DNA of 64,000 bases from a virus, in IMG/VR virus record IMGVR_UViG_3300023276_000007, positions 42,766 through 106,765 of that record; one strand, written 5' to 3'. Under the pieces are notes generated by a model. The model did not search any database and was not told where the DNA came from. It was given only the letters and a program-made list of their open reading frames with translations. The translations under genes and the position numbers were made by a program. Positions within the stretch are counted from its first letter, which is position 1. Each line of letters opens with the position of its first letter. Below, one piece after another: positions 21,416-31,488 of this stretch.

Positions 21416-22755
21416 TAAACGAAGAGTATTTAACAGGCAACGGGTTGATAGCCTACCCATTTAAAGAAACCTCCCGAGGTTTGACAGGAGATGAGAAATC
21501 GTCTACTGACTCTTGGGCTGCTGGTGAGATCCCTCGTGATGCCATCGTAGACTTCTTTATGTTTGTTAACAGCGATCCAGAATACCTAAGTCTCACGTAC
21601 ATAGCAAGATCTGGTACAGAGATGACGCTAAGATTCACGGACACCAGCTCTGTCGATGTATTCGAGGCTTCCTTTGATCTCTCGTCATTAGTGGAGTACC
21701 AAGCCTTAGTTCTTTTCCAAGACTTGATTGACCCAGATTTGCTGGATATTACAGGGGCTATGACAGTAGGTCCGGGATTACTAACGTTCCCAGACCTTAT
21801 GACTATCTCATTCGATGTTGGTGACGTTATTCTTTTAGAATCAACTACACCTATTAAGACCAACCCGATAACCCAACTTAACGTAGATGCTATAACCGAC
21901 GTCAATGATGACGGTATTATCACTATAAAGGAAGGTTACAATATTGAGATCAATGCTGCAACTGGTGATGATGAAGATACTACAGAGCTGACAATAATTG
22001 CAGGCCCCGGTCTGGGAGAAGGTAAGGTGCCTCCGGAAGCTCAAGTCTCTCCTACGTACCTGACTTCCTTAAACGATGTAGTCAAAGCAAACGCTGATGG
22101 CGCGGTCAATATAGCACAGGCTGATGACTGCCATAGGTTTATAGCTATGCCCAACTCTAATTCTATTGCTATACATAATGATTGCGACCCGTGCTGCGAT
22201 TGTGCAGACTATGCCGGGCCAGTAACTGTCATGGACGGCCAGTGGGAAGAACTGGAGGCACTTAGGATTAGACTCTACGCTGCTATCGATTTATATAATA
22301 CCCACGTACTGCTATGGAATGATGAGCTACTACCTAACATAAGGAAAGTCTACGTTAGTGGTGTGGCTGTTAAGAGTTTCATTGCTGACCGCAATAAGCA
22401 CACAATCAGTGTGAGCGTAATCAATCAAGGCCCGAGTGTTGCTGGTAGGTTCATAATAACGCTACCCGATAATACAGAAGAGGTTCTTAAAGCCGTACTT
22501 GAGAGTGAAAAAGAGTCTCCAAGGAAGTGCGCAGACAGAGAAGAAGATGCGCCAGACCCTATAATTACAGGGCCGCACATTAATGAAGCAGAGGTTAGGG
22601 CTTTCTTTAAACCACTGTGTTACTGTACGACAGCACAGGTTCTTATCGTTCTTAGGATGCCTGTAGAAACCGACCCATCTGAGAACGTCACGATTAGCTT
22701 TGTTGCTGATGAGGGTGACGAAGTATTAGCTACGAAGGTGCTACAATGGAAATGA
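21412..22755 (+). CDS. Cys-rich fibre paralogue 2
   Basis: N-motif EEYLTGNGLIAYPFKE, LTSLND…ADGAVN, CDPCCDC, then a helix and an Ig-like C-terminus. Confidence 0.6.
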   Translation: MINEEYLTGNGLIAYPFKETSRGLTGDEKSSTDSWAAGEIPRDAIVDFFMFVNSDPEYLSLTYIARSGTEMTLRFTDTSSVDVFEASFDLSSLVEYQALVLFQDLIDPDLLDITGAMTVGPGLLTFPDLMTISFDVGDVILLESTTPIKTNPITQLNVDAITDVNDDGIITIKEGYNIEINAATGDDEDTTELTIIAGPGLGEGKVPPEAQVSPTYLTSLNDVVKANADGAVNIAQADDCHRFIAMPNSNSIAIHNDCDPCCDCADYAGPVTVMDGQWEELEALRIRLYAAIDLYNTHVLLWNDELLPNIRKVYVSGVAVKSFIADRNKHTISVSVINQGPSVAGRFIITLPDNTEEVLKAVLESEKESPRKCADREEDAPDPIITGPHINEAEVRAFFKPLCYCTTAQVLIVLRMPVETDPSENVTISFVADEGDEVLATKVLQWK

Positions 22756-23423
22756 ACACAGAATGGTATAATACTAATGAACACAGGAAGTACCCTGTCG
22801 CTAGTCACGTTTCTACAAAGGACAATGATGGAGACATACTCCCAACATCTCTTATTGCAGACTTGGCTGTGGTTTACAATGACACCGTACCAGCAGGAGA
22901 CGGCCCGTACTTATCCAGTTTAGTTATTGGGCCAGCACTAGTTACTGTGTCTATATCTTTAGATGGAGCGGTGCTAGTGTCTGAGAGTTTCACTAAGCCA
23001 GTCGCTATAAGAAAAGGCCTTCCTCTTAAGGCTAACTCTATAAGTGCCTCTGGTTACATAGTTTTCGGTATCGATATAAATGACACCACAGGTAGCTTCA
23101 GGTTTAGTAGTGCAGCACAGTCTGGACTAGATCCTAAAGCCGCTAGAAAGTTTTCTGCGTTACCCATCACTTCCCTATCTGTAGCGGGGGATTCAGAAGA
23201 ACCTCTTACCGATATTATATCGCTAATACCTAAGGGTCCGATAGACATAACGCATGAAGGTAATAATGTAGTTAGTATATCTTTAAAGCCTGCAGCTAGG
23301 CGAGAGTTCTTAGGTCCATGTGATAATGCCATAAGCCCGGACGGCTGTGGTCCTGCACCTTTGAGAAGAATTAACGGAGTCGGTCCAGACAGTAATGGTA
23401 ATATTTTTATCGAGGTGGAGTAA
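22752..23423 (+). CDS. Fibre paralogue 3
   Basis: N-motif EWYNTNEHRKYPV, LRRINGVGPDSNGN; ATGA coupling. Confidence 0.6.
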   Translation: MNTEWYNTNEHRKYPVASHVSTKDNDGDILPTSLIADLAVVYNDTVPAGDGPYLSSLVIGPALVTVSISLDGAVLVSESFTKPVAIRKGLPLKANSISASGYIVFGIDINDTTGSFRFSSAAQSGLDPKAARKFSALPITSLSVAGDSEEPLTDIISLIPKGPIDITHEGNNVVSISLKPAARREFLGPCDNAISPDGCGPAPLRRINGVGPDSNGNIFIEVE

Positions 23424-24403
23424 TGCCAGCAGAATCAATGTACCAAGAGTGGCAGTCTTCCAACAAAGATAGAGCACACCCATTCTCCGAGAGTGTTACT
23501 ACAATCTCTACAAATGGGATAGAGTTCCCTAATAGAGTATTTACGGATGGTTTCTTCTACCCAATAAACCTTGTAGGCAGCCTATACATCTCAGAGGTCA
23601 ACTATACGGCCAACACTATAACGGTGGCAGACAGCGAGGACGGTTCTGTTAAAGGTATATCCTCTTCCATCTTCGGCTCCGGTAAGCATGAGTTCTATGA
23701 CGAGATAGGCAGATACATAGGTTGCCTTATTGAAGGACCTGCCGCAGCAAACCTAGACGCCGATTATGCCTTTACTGCCGATACTGGATTGCTTGCAGTG
23801 GCAGTAGTTTATGCCCAAAATCAACAAGGTGTACGAGGATTAAAGCTTGAAGACGGCACAGTTCTTACTGGAGAGGTTACCCTTGTAGGTACTGATGGTG
23901 TTGTCTTGACTACCAATAACGATGGTACGATAAAAGTGGATATCGTAGGAACACCTGGTGATCCTAACCTTTTATCCCCTATAATAAAAAACATTGTTGT
24001 ATATGGCAACTGCGTACTACTTGCAACGCAGAACGATAACGTTGCCGACATAATATCTATATATGACCGACCACAGGACATCTGTACAGCTAAGGCAAAC
24101 ATAATTACTCCAGATGGCCTATTTCCTATAGAAGACAGCGATCCTTGTGTAGAGCCGCCAGAGCCTCCAGTATGGGAGCCATGCCCTCCTGCATTAGATC
24201 CTGGGTCACCTATACCGCCATGCGACCATGGAGGTTATTTCTTTTTCAATGCACTATCGCCTGTTATAGATATAAAGGCGTTAGAATACCCAGGTCCAGT
24301 AGTTTCTATAACTGGTGTCGCCTCTTCAGAAAACTTTGAAGAATTAGCTAACCTACTGCCGCCTAGAAGCTTAGGTGCACTTAGATTCAGTATGAAAGGG
24401 TGA
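23423..24403 (+). CDS. Fibre paralogue 4
   Basis: N-motif EWQSSNKDRAHPFSE; Pro/Cys-rich linker. Confidence 0.6.
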   Translation: MPAESMYQEWQSSNKDRAHPFSESVTTISTNGIEFPNRVFTDGFFYPINLVGSLYISEVNYTANTITVADSEDGSVKGISSSIFGSGKHEFYDEIGRYIGCLIEGPAAANLDADYAFTADTGLLAVAVVYAQNQQGVRGLKLEDGTVLTGEVTLVGTDGVVLTTNNDGTIKVDIVGTPGDPNLLSPIIKNIVVYGNCVLLATQNDNVADIISIYDRPQDICTAKANIITPDGLFPIEDSDPCVEPPEPPVWEPCPPALDPGSPIPPCDHGGYFFFNALSPVIDIKALEYPGPVVSITGVASSENFEELANLLPPRSLGALRFSMKG

Positions 24404-24407
24404 TGAT

Positions 24408-25298
24408 ATGATACTTAACTGGGAAAACCTTAATAGATTTAGAAGCTACCCGTTTAAAGAGGATGCTTCTCGTAAAGACACGACAGACGCCCTAACATTG
24501 CCTAACGACTTTTTAGTTGCGTTCACTGCATCCTTCTATGGGAGTGCGGGTGCTACTATTATTCTTAGGACGCTAGACGTTGCTGTTGGTGGCGCAAGTT
24601 TGACTGCAACGTTCTTAGTTAACGGGGTGACTCCTGCTGCAGTAACTATACCTTCTGGCGCTGCATACCCATTCAACACAGAATATGTGGTTCAGTCGGG
24701 AAGCTTCTCTACTATAAGAGTAACCCCTATCTTCGGGCCGGGTGTTGATATCATTTTAGCCAACGCCACATACCATGGGAACATATACACGTTTAACGCC
24801 GAGATAGAGCCATCTCTGGTAGCTAGCCCATACAACCATGCGCTAACTAAGCTGATAGCTAAAAACATAGATATAAATGATAATGAGATAATACTGCCGG
24901 ATGTAGGAGAGGGAGCCATAACTTTCATAAATGGTTACAACTCAAAGATTAGCTCCGACGGTACAGACTCTCTGACGTTCAACGCCGCTAAAGGTGCTGG
25001 AGCCGGAGAACCTTGTGATCCTATATATGACCTAGTAGACTGTAGTTGTGGTATATACTTTATAAATGGAAAGCACCCGGACTGGCTAGGTAACTTCTTA
25101 TTTGAAGCGGGTAAATATATGACTGTAATAAACGACCCAAGTAACTTTAAAGTTAAAATTAAAACATCGATCCGTAATGGTACGCCTAAGTGTCAAGATC
25201 CTAATGATGACCCAGGAAGGCTGCCTCCAGAAGAACCGCCGTGCGAACCAGAACCACTACCGGCAGAACTTCCTGTAGAACTTTGCGACAATGAATAG
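24408..25298 (+). CDS. Fibre paralogue 5
   Basis: N-motif NWENLNRFRSYPFKED, CSCGIYFINGKHPDWLGN. Confidence 0.6.
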   Translation: MILNWENLNRFRSYPFKEDASRKDTTDALTLPNDFLVAFTASFYGSAGATIILRTLDVAVGGASLTATFLVNGVTPAAVTIPSGAAYPFNTEYVVQSGSFSTIRVTPIFGPGVDIILANATYHGNIYTFNAEIEPSLVASPYNHALTKLIAKNIDINDNEIILPDVGEGAITFINGYNSKISSDGTDSLTFNAAKGAGAGEPCDPIYDLVDCSCGIYFINGKHPDWLGNFLFEAGKYMTVINDPSNFKVKIKTSIRNGTPKCQDPNDDPGRLPPEEPPCEPEPLPAELPVELCDNE

Positions 25299-25308
25299 GA
25301 GCTGAACA

Positions 25309-27702
25309 ATGGCACAAGGACTTATAACATATAATACAAAGGTCGACAATGACGGAGCTACCGACGAAGGGTTGGTACTACCTCAAGACCTTAATGATAT
25401 TAAAAACATAGTTAATCAAAACTCGGCAGATGCTGAGTCTAGGTTACAGACCATAGAGTTGGGTACTGTCCAAGGTCCTGGGTCTGCTACGGTAAGTGCT
25501 ATTGCACTATATGATAACGTGTCTGGAAAGATTCTTAAGAACAGCGTTGTCCTAGTCGATGCCTCTGGTAACATCACTGGTATAAATGAGTTAACTCTTA
25601 ATGGTTTTCTTGCTATGCAAGAAGGTGCCTCCCCATCTACACCAGCGTCAGGCTACGGGGTTCTTTACACAAAGTCCTCTGACTCAGGACTTTATTATAA
25701 AAATGACGGCGGCACAGAATTTAATGTCCTCGACACAGGCCCAATCGGAAATGTTGTCGGCCCAGGGTCTTCTACAGATACCGCCTTAGCAAGATTCGAT
25801 TTAGCTACCGGAGAATTACTACAAGACAGTGTGGCGCTACTAAGTGATACTGGAAGACTTACAGGCATAAGCTCTCTAAGCATGTCTGCAGATTTATGTA
25901 TGGATGCGATGAATCCACCAGCCACACCACCAGCAGGTATAGGTTGCCTGTTCGTTAATCTTGCAGATGATAAACTTTACTACGGAAATAACTCTAGCGT
26001 TTTTGACCTAACAGAGGTAGGTGGAGACGCCTCCGGACCAGCATCTTCTACGGATAATGCGTTGGCAAGATTCGATTTAGCTACCGGCAAACTGTTACAA
26101 GACAGTGCGGCTATACTGGACGACGCTGGAAACCTAAGTGGCATCAACGACTTAACTATCTTAAATAACTTTCTAATAGCAGAAGGGGCTGCAGCGCCAA
26201 CACCTGCCTCTGGGTTCATAGCACTGTACGCTAAGTCCGGTGATTCTAAACTTTATTACAAAAATGATGCAGGAACAGAATTTGGGCTAGGCGGAGACGT
26301 TTCAGGCCCAGGTAGTTCCACAGTCAACGCGCTAACAAGATTCTCCACCACTTCAGGTAAGGACATCAAAAGCGGCTCGGCAACTTTAACAGACGCAGGC
26401 GTCTTGGCAGGTATCATAGGAATAGGGCCTGGTGCAGGCAATGACTTAGACGTAACGCTAGGTGATGACGCTGGTGTTAATAAGCTATCTATTAAGAATG
26501 CTTCTAACGCTGAGGTGGCTAGTTTAAATTCTCTAGGAGCCCTCAGCTTGTCTGTCGGGTTGCTGGCAGACTCTGTATCGATGCCAAAGATAGCTTCACC
26601 AACTTACGGCACATTAGAGGATGCAAGTAACCTACTTTCTGGTGTCGGTCTAATAGCCGGTGCTGATTCAATAACAGATGCAGGCGCTGGTGCCGTAGAC
26701 GTGGCTCAACTTGAGTTCCGTATTCGAGCGGCAGATACCGACGTAGGACAAGTACTCTACGGAACAACAGCAGCTGTTGCAGCCTTGGCGTTGACAGACA
26801 ACTCCTTAAACTATTTATATGTAGAATATAACGCAGGCACGCCTCAGGTAGTTGCGACCATTACTAAAAGATCTGACTATAATACCAACGTATACTTAGG
26901 TACGGTATATCGGATAGGTGCGGTGGTACATATTACTAATGGTTTAGCAGTAACTCTAGGGAACCATGCAAGCGTCCTTTTGCGACGTGTTCAAGAAACC
27001 GCCTCAGTTGCGAGAGTTACTGGTATAATTATCTCTGAAACCGGAACAAGAAACTATGCGTTAACTGCAGGTGTAGTATGGCAAGGTCTTGATCGAATAC
27101 TAGTAAATGCCGTCGATACTTCCGGAGGAGATACCTTTGCAGCATTCTATCAAGACGGTGTAGGTGGCTGGACAGAGATTCTGACACAGACTCAGATTAA
27201 TAACACCCAGTTCGATGACGGCACAGGCGTGTTACAATCTTTAACAAATAAGCGTTACGGGGTTCACTGGGAATTTAAAGGGTTAGATGGCCACAACTAT
27301 GTAGTCTTCGGGCGGGGTGACTACAAGTTAAATGAAGCCCAAGCTGCGACTGTTCCGTCAAACTTACCGCCGCACTTTGAGGACCACGCTTTCGTTGTTG
27401 GTAAGATTATTATCAAAAAAGATGACGCAGCGTTCACAGAGGTAGCTACTCCGTTTGTAGATCAGTTTACAGCAAGCGCTCCTGCGAACCACAGTGAACT
27501 TGGGGGGTTAGGGGATGACGACCATACTCAGTACGTATTAACAGACGGAACTAGAGATACTGCGAAGATGTCACTAACTGACGGTATAACCGCTCCAGGG
27601 GTCGTTGTTGGTCTAGCGCAGATATACGTCGACACCGCCGACGGCGACCTTAAAGTAATATTCGGTGATGGTACCGTTAAAACGATAGTAACAGATTCTT
27701 AA
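25309..27702 (+). CDS. Tail fibre-like protein with internal repeats
   Basis: Four GxVxGPxSSTxxAxAxFDxxTGKxLQDS repeats, three of them followed by TPxxGxxxLYxK..D.KLYYKN-type segments; HSELGGLGDDDHTQY motif. Confidence 0.65.
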   Translation: MAQGLITYNTKVDNDGATDEGLVLPQDLNDIKNIVNQNSADAESRLQTIELGTVQGPGSATVSAIALYDNVSGKILKNSVVLVDASGNITGINELTLNGFLAMQEGASPSTPASGYGVLYTKSSDSGLYYKNDGGTEFNVLDTGPIGNVVGPGSSTDTALARFDLATGELLQDSVALLSDTGRLTGISSLSMSADLCMDAMNPPATPPAGIGCLFVNLADDKLYYGNNSSVFDLTEVGGDASGPASSTDNALARFDLATGKLLQDSAAILDDAGNLSGINDLTILNNFLIAEGAAAPTPASGFIALYAKSGDSKLYYKNDAGTEFGLGGDVSGPGSSTVNALTRFSTTSGKDIKSGSATLTDAGVLAGIIGIGPGAGNDLDVTLGDDAGVNKLSIKNASNAEVASLNSLGALSLSVGLLADSVSMPKIASPTYGTLEDASNLLSGVGLIAGADSITDAGAGAVDVAQLEFRIRAADTDVGQVLYGTTAAVAALALTDNSLNYLYVEYNAGTPQVVATITKRSDYNTNVYLGTVYRIGAVVHITNGLAVTLGNHASVLLRRVQETASVARVTGIIISETGTRNYALTAGVVWQGLDRILVNAVDTSGGDTFAAFYQDGVGGWTEILTQTQINNTQFDDGTGVLQSLTNKRYGVHWEFKGLDGHNYVVFGRGDYKLNEAQAATVPSNLPPHFEDHAFVVGKIIIKKDDAAFTEVATPFVDQFTASAPANHSELGGLGDDDHTQYVLTDGTRDTAKMSLTDGITAPGVVVGLAQIYVDTADGDLKVIFGDGTVKTIVTDS

Positions 27703-27712
27703 GGAGCCAACG

Positions 27713-28252
27713 ATGGGAAAACCGATGTATCAGCTTGATGAAGACATTAGAAGGGTAGACCACAATAAGTGGCCAAAGCGCTTGGTGTGCGGAAATTACC
27801 TATCTTTAAAAAAGATGACCTTCCAAACTAGAGTAGTTGGATATAGGGCGGAGATTATTAGAGAGTCTGATGGTCAATGCCTAGCTAAACTATATAAGAA
27901 TGGAAAGATTACAGTTTTCCCTGGATACTACTGGGACGGGCCTAGTGGGCCTACTGTGGACACCGTGGCTTTTGTTATTGCTTCACTACCTCACGACATA
28001 TTTTATCAAATGCTGCGAGAAGACTTACTTATAGACGTAAGTAACTATGTAGCATTCCCAGAACCTTATTATGAAGAGTTTGAAAAAGTTAGAAGGTGGG
28101 CAGATGATACTATGCGTGAAGTTAACATAAAGAATGGTATGACTAAGTTTAGGGCGTATTATACATATAAATTTGTACGCTGGTATGGCGAAGAAAGTGC
28201 CTTATCACGGTATGTTAAAGACTACAATGAATATTGGATGAATCACGGTTAA
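27713..28252 (+). CDS. DUF1353-like protein
   Basis: PGYYWDGPS…ASLPHDIFYQ…WAD…YKFVRWYG motif set. Confidence 0.65.
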   Translation: MGKPMYQLDEDIRRVDHNKWPKRLVCGNYLSLKKMTFQTRVVGYRAEIIRESDGQCLAKLYKNGKITVFPGYYWDGPSGPTVDTVAFVIASLPHDIFYQMLREDLLIDVSNYVAFPEPYYEEFEKVRRWADDTMREVNIKNGMTKFRAYYTYKFVRWYGEESALSRYVKDYNEYWMNHG

Positions 28253-28262
28253 CGGATAAATT

Positions 28263-30425
28263 ATGGCACGACAACCTTTTGAGTATGGCCCCGATTGTGA
28301 TGGCCCTGATGTAGATATTAACATAATACCTACATCTTTCCCATTGTGTGATGAAGTCGTCTTTGAAGATCCTGACTTACTACCCACCTGCACCGACTTT
28401 GAGACTGTAGATTTTATAGTTCCCCCAGTCTGCCCATGTTTCCCTGAACGTATGGGTCTTACTGATAACTCGAATGCAAGTATTGCTTGTGGCGGGCCTC
28501 TACCTTCAATAACCTTTGATGCAGCTATCGTTAACGTAGCACCGGACGACTGCTGTGCTCCAGAGTTTAAGCTTGATATACAGTTAGATATACAAGTACC
28601 TTGTGTAGGTGCTGTCGGAGGCTGTGCCGCTATAGTTGGTCAAGTTGACATCAAAATTGATGAAGGTCCGCTTGGATGGTTCTTTGATTGGGAAAAATGT
28701 ATCGATGACCAAGGTAACATTATAAACGACCCCTGCTGTATTCGGCTAGTGGGTGAGATGTTTATACCTTGTATAGACGGTATAACATTTAAAGTTGAAC
28801 ATAATATCCAAGAGACCGGTGCAGTAGATATCCCTACCATCGAGGAGTTTACTATAGAAGCGTCTGATGACGTTCCATGTGAATACGATGTAGTATTCGA
28901 CATGCTAGTTCCTTTACCAGAGGACCCTACAATACCTATAAGCCCTACAGACCCAAATATACCACCCGGCCAGAACTGCTGTAATGGTGTAGGTTATTGT
29001 CCCGACGAAGGTACGTTTAGCGACCTAGGAAAAATGAAAACAGAGACTATTTCGGTCGTCACCAATATTACCTGTGATCTGGAAGGTAATTTAACTGTGG
29101 AGAGGACAGAACTTGAGTATGTTTGCGGGCTCCTTAAAGATTTCAGGATAGCTGGGAACGACGCGATTCCCTGCGCTGGGGCTCAGTCGTACAATGAGGA
29201 TTGCTGTCCAAGCACTACGACGACAGATCCGGACTACCCACCACCAACTACAGAGCCAGGTGAGGGCCCCTATGGCCCGTATATCCCGCCAGAAACCTGT
29301 CAGTGTCGGTGTGACAAATATTACGTGTGTGACAAAGAGACAGGGAAGACAATCCCAGACCTCTATGTTGAGGTTTACGACCTGTCCGGCGATGGTAGCT
29401 GTGCTTACCGTATTGTAGATGGTGACAGTGTAGACGAGAATAACAACGCGGTAATTATGCACGAAGGCCTAGGATGTCCAGACCCTGACGAAAATATATC
29501 TAACGGTTCTACTACGTGGGTTCTAGCGTGTGAACCCTGTAGTGATTGGCCGGATAACAGTACCACGACAACTACTACTACCACGACAACTACTACTACA
29601 CCGCCTATCATCATCGATGAGAAGTACTATTGCGTACAGATCGGTACCGGTGCTCCGAAGCAATGCGTTATCGGTGCAGCACTAGTTCCAGGATCACCAA
29701 TCTCAGCAGGACCTTTCGATAGTGCGTCTGAATGTGCAGCAAACTGTAATACAAACAGCTACGAGTATGAAGAGTGCCCTGCCTCGACAACAACCACAAC
29801 CACGACGACGACAACCACAACCACGACAACCACGACAACCGCGACAACCGCACCTCCTATGGCGGCGGCTTGTGGTACTGACAATGGTCACCCAACTATG
29901 CTAGTCACTATGACTTGGACAGGTGGCCCAGCTACTCGTGATTACATGGGATGTAATGACTGGGAGTCAGGCCAGCAGCGCGTCTTAAATGCCGATACCT
30001 ATGACCGGTACCAGAACACCATGGGTGGTTGCCTAGGTGAAGAAGGTGAATATTGGAGAAAGGGTGCAGACAGTGACGCATTTAACATGTCAGGTTTCGT
30101 AGATTTCTTCGGAGGATTTTTCTGGCAACTTAAGAATGAATATAACGGCGTTGGAGAATTGAACCATGGTACAGCAGCTATTGATGGTTACGTTTATGAT
30201 AGCCTCTCTGCGTTCTCACCAGGGCCAGGCGCGTTTTACCCTTTCGGTAACTCATTCCTAGACGGCCCTTTTGGTGGAAATACCGCCTTCCCTCCGCCGT
30301 CCACAGGCATGAGCGGGTGTTTAACCGGGGCATACCTCGGAGATCTTAAATCTGCACAGCTCAGCGGTAGCGTGACGTTCGCTAACGGTGTTACGGTGAC
30401 GTGGGAACAAGGAACAGGATGGTAA
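28263..30425 (+). CDS. Cys/Pro-rich fibre protein with two poly-Thr tracts and a C-terminal tip domain
   Basis: Dozens of Cys; Thr13 (29562-29600) and Thr18 (29787-29840); tip domain at 29859-30422. Confidence 0.7.
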   Translation: MARQPFEYGPDCDGPDVDINIIPTSFPLCDEVVFEDPDLLPTCTDFETVDFIVPPVCPCFPERMGLTDNSNASIACGGPLPSITFDAAIVNVAPDDCCAPEFKLDIQLDIQVPCVGAVGGCAAIVGQVDIKIDEGPLGWFFDWEKCIDDQGNIINDPCCIRLVGEMFIPCIDGITFKVEHNIQETGAVDIPTIEEFTIEASDDVPCEYDVVFDMLVPLPEDPTIPISPTDPNIPPGQNCCNGVGYCPDEGTFSDLGKMKTETISVVTNITCDLEGNLTVERTELEYVCGLLKDFRIAGNDAIPCAGAQSYNEDCCPSTTTTDPDYPPPTTEPGEGPYGPYIPPETCQCRCDKYYVCDKETGKTIPDLYVEVYDLSGDGSCAYRIVDGDSVDENNNAVIMHEGLGCPDPDENISNGSTTWVLACEPCSDWPDNSTTTTTTTTTTTTTPPIIIDEKYYCVQIGTGAPKQCVIGAALVPGSPISAGPFDSASECAANCNTNSYEYEECPASTTTTTTTTTTTTTTTTTTATTAPPMAAACGTDNGHPTMLVTMTWTGGPATRDYMGCNDWESGQQRVLNADTYDRYQNTMGGCLGEEGEYWRKGADSDAFNMSGFVDFFGGFFWQLKNEYNGVGELNHGTAAIDGYVYDSLSAFSPGPGAFYPFGNSFLDGPFGGNTAFPPPSTGMSGCLTGAYLGDLKSAQLSGSVTFANGVTVTWEQGTGW
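29562..29840 (+). repeat. Poly-Thr codon tracts (ACN)n
   Basis: ACCACGACAACTACTACT x2 at 29562-29597 and a mixed ACA/ACC/ACG run at 29787-29840. Confidence 0.9.
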
Positions 30426-30429
30426 ACTT

Positions 30430-31446
30430 ATGAGTAGCTTATTTTTTAAAGACGACCACGGTCAATTTATCAAACACGGCAACAAATGCTACACGAAGGT
30501 AGGTGCCTCTCAGGTTATGCCCGACGTTACAACAGCCCCGGATGGTGGGTCTTCTTTTGTTGATTGCGATGATTGCAACTCTGGTACTACGACCACTACT
30601 ACGACCACTACTACGACAGCCTTATCCGGGTTATCATTTGGGCAAACCAACACTCCTGCAGAAGGCGACCCAGAAAGTACAGTAGTTGGCGACTTAACAC
30701 CTACCGGCGGTACAGGCCCGTTCACGTATGCAATGAAAGCAGGGGCAGGTGATGGTGACAACGGTAGTTATAAGATTGTAGGATCACAGTTACAGTTAAG
30801 CGCGGCACCTAGTATCTCGGAACCGACCGACAGTATACGAGTAGAAGTTACCGATAGCCTAATGGCCACCTTTGACGACACCTTCTCAGTTGATGTATAC
30901 CCAACAACAGGATCTATGACCGTTGAACTAGCAGAAGGTTCACCGCTATACGACGACGCCTCTCCTGGTGAGGACGTAGGTGAAGTATCTGCAGGAACTA
31001 ACTTAGGCGACATAAACGCTGCCAATGGTAATCCATCCACACGACTAGTTTACGTATCAGGACCGGAAGTCTCCTTCTTAGGTAAGGACTGGAGTCCTAA
31101 CGATTACGGCGAGCTCTATACAGACGCAGTTCCGTATTCAGTGCCAGACCAGCACGAGTGGGGTAGTGATACACCTGCCAACCCTGGTTTGTATATGCAC
31201 GACTATCACGAAATGCCTTATGTAGGTGATTATGTGTCTCGGGTATCTTTCCGTATAGATGCAAGTAACCAATTAGACATTACTAACCAGACAACAGGTG
31301 GTACTATTGATAATAGCGTCGGCGTGACCTCTGGTAACGATCCAAACTTATTAGTACCAGATGGAACCATCGACACAGCCGCTTTTCAGGAAGTGACTTT
31401 TGCTAACGGACAAACCTGGAAGTGGCAACAGGAATCTGGATGGTAA
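30430..31446 (+). CDS. Poly-Thr + cadherin-like + half-cadherin + tip-domain protein
   Basis: Thr11 (30586-30618), cadherin-like VGDL…FTY…GAGDGDN…SIRVEVTD, orphan N-terminal cadherin strands at 30901-30993, tip ends VTFANGQTWKW. Confidence 0.7.
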   Translation: MSSLFFKDDHGQFIKHGNKCYTKVGASQVMPDVTTAPDGGSSFVDCDDCNSGTTTTTTTTTTTALSGLSFGQTNTPAEGDPESTVVGDLTPTGGTGPFTYAMKAGAGDGDNGSYKIVGSQLQLSAAPSISEPTDSIRVEVTDSLMATFDDTFSVDVYPTTGSMTVELAEGSPLYDDASPGEDVGEVSAGTNLGDINAANGNPSTRLVYVSGPEVSFLGKDWSPNDYGELYTDAVPYSVPDQHEWGSDTPANPGLYMHDYHEMPYVGDYVSRVSFRIDASNQLDITNQTTGGTIDNSVGVTSGNDPNLLVPDGTIDTAAFQEVTFANGQTWKWQQESGW

Positions 31447-31488
31447 GTATGTATAACTTAAAAACAATAAAACTATAGAGGAATTAAC

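Noticed and set aside
29405-30761. Poly-Val, RGC-repeat and QPR-repeat ORFs
   Set aside because: These are alternative-frame or antisense readings of the poly-Thr codon tracts.
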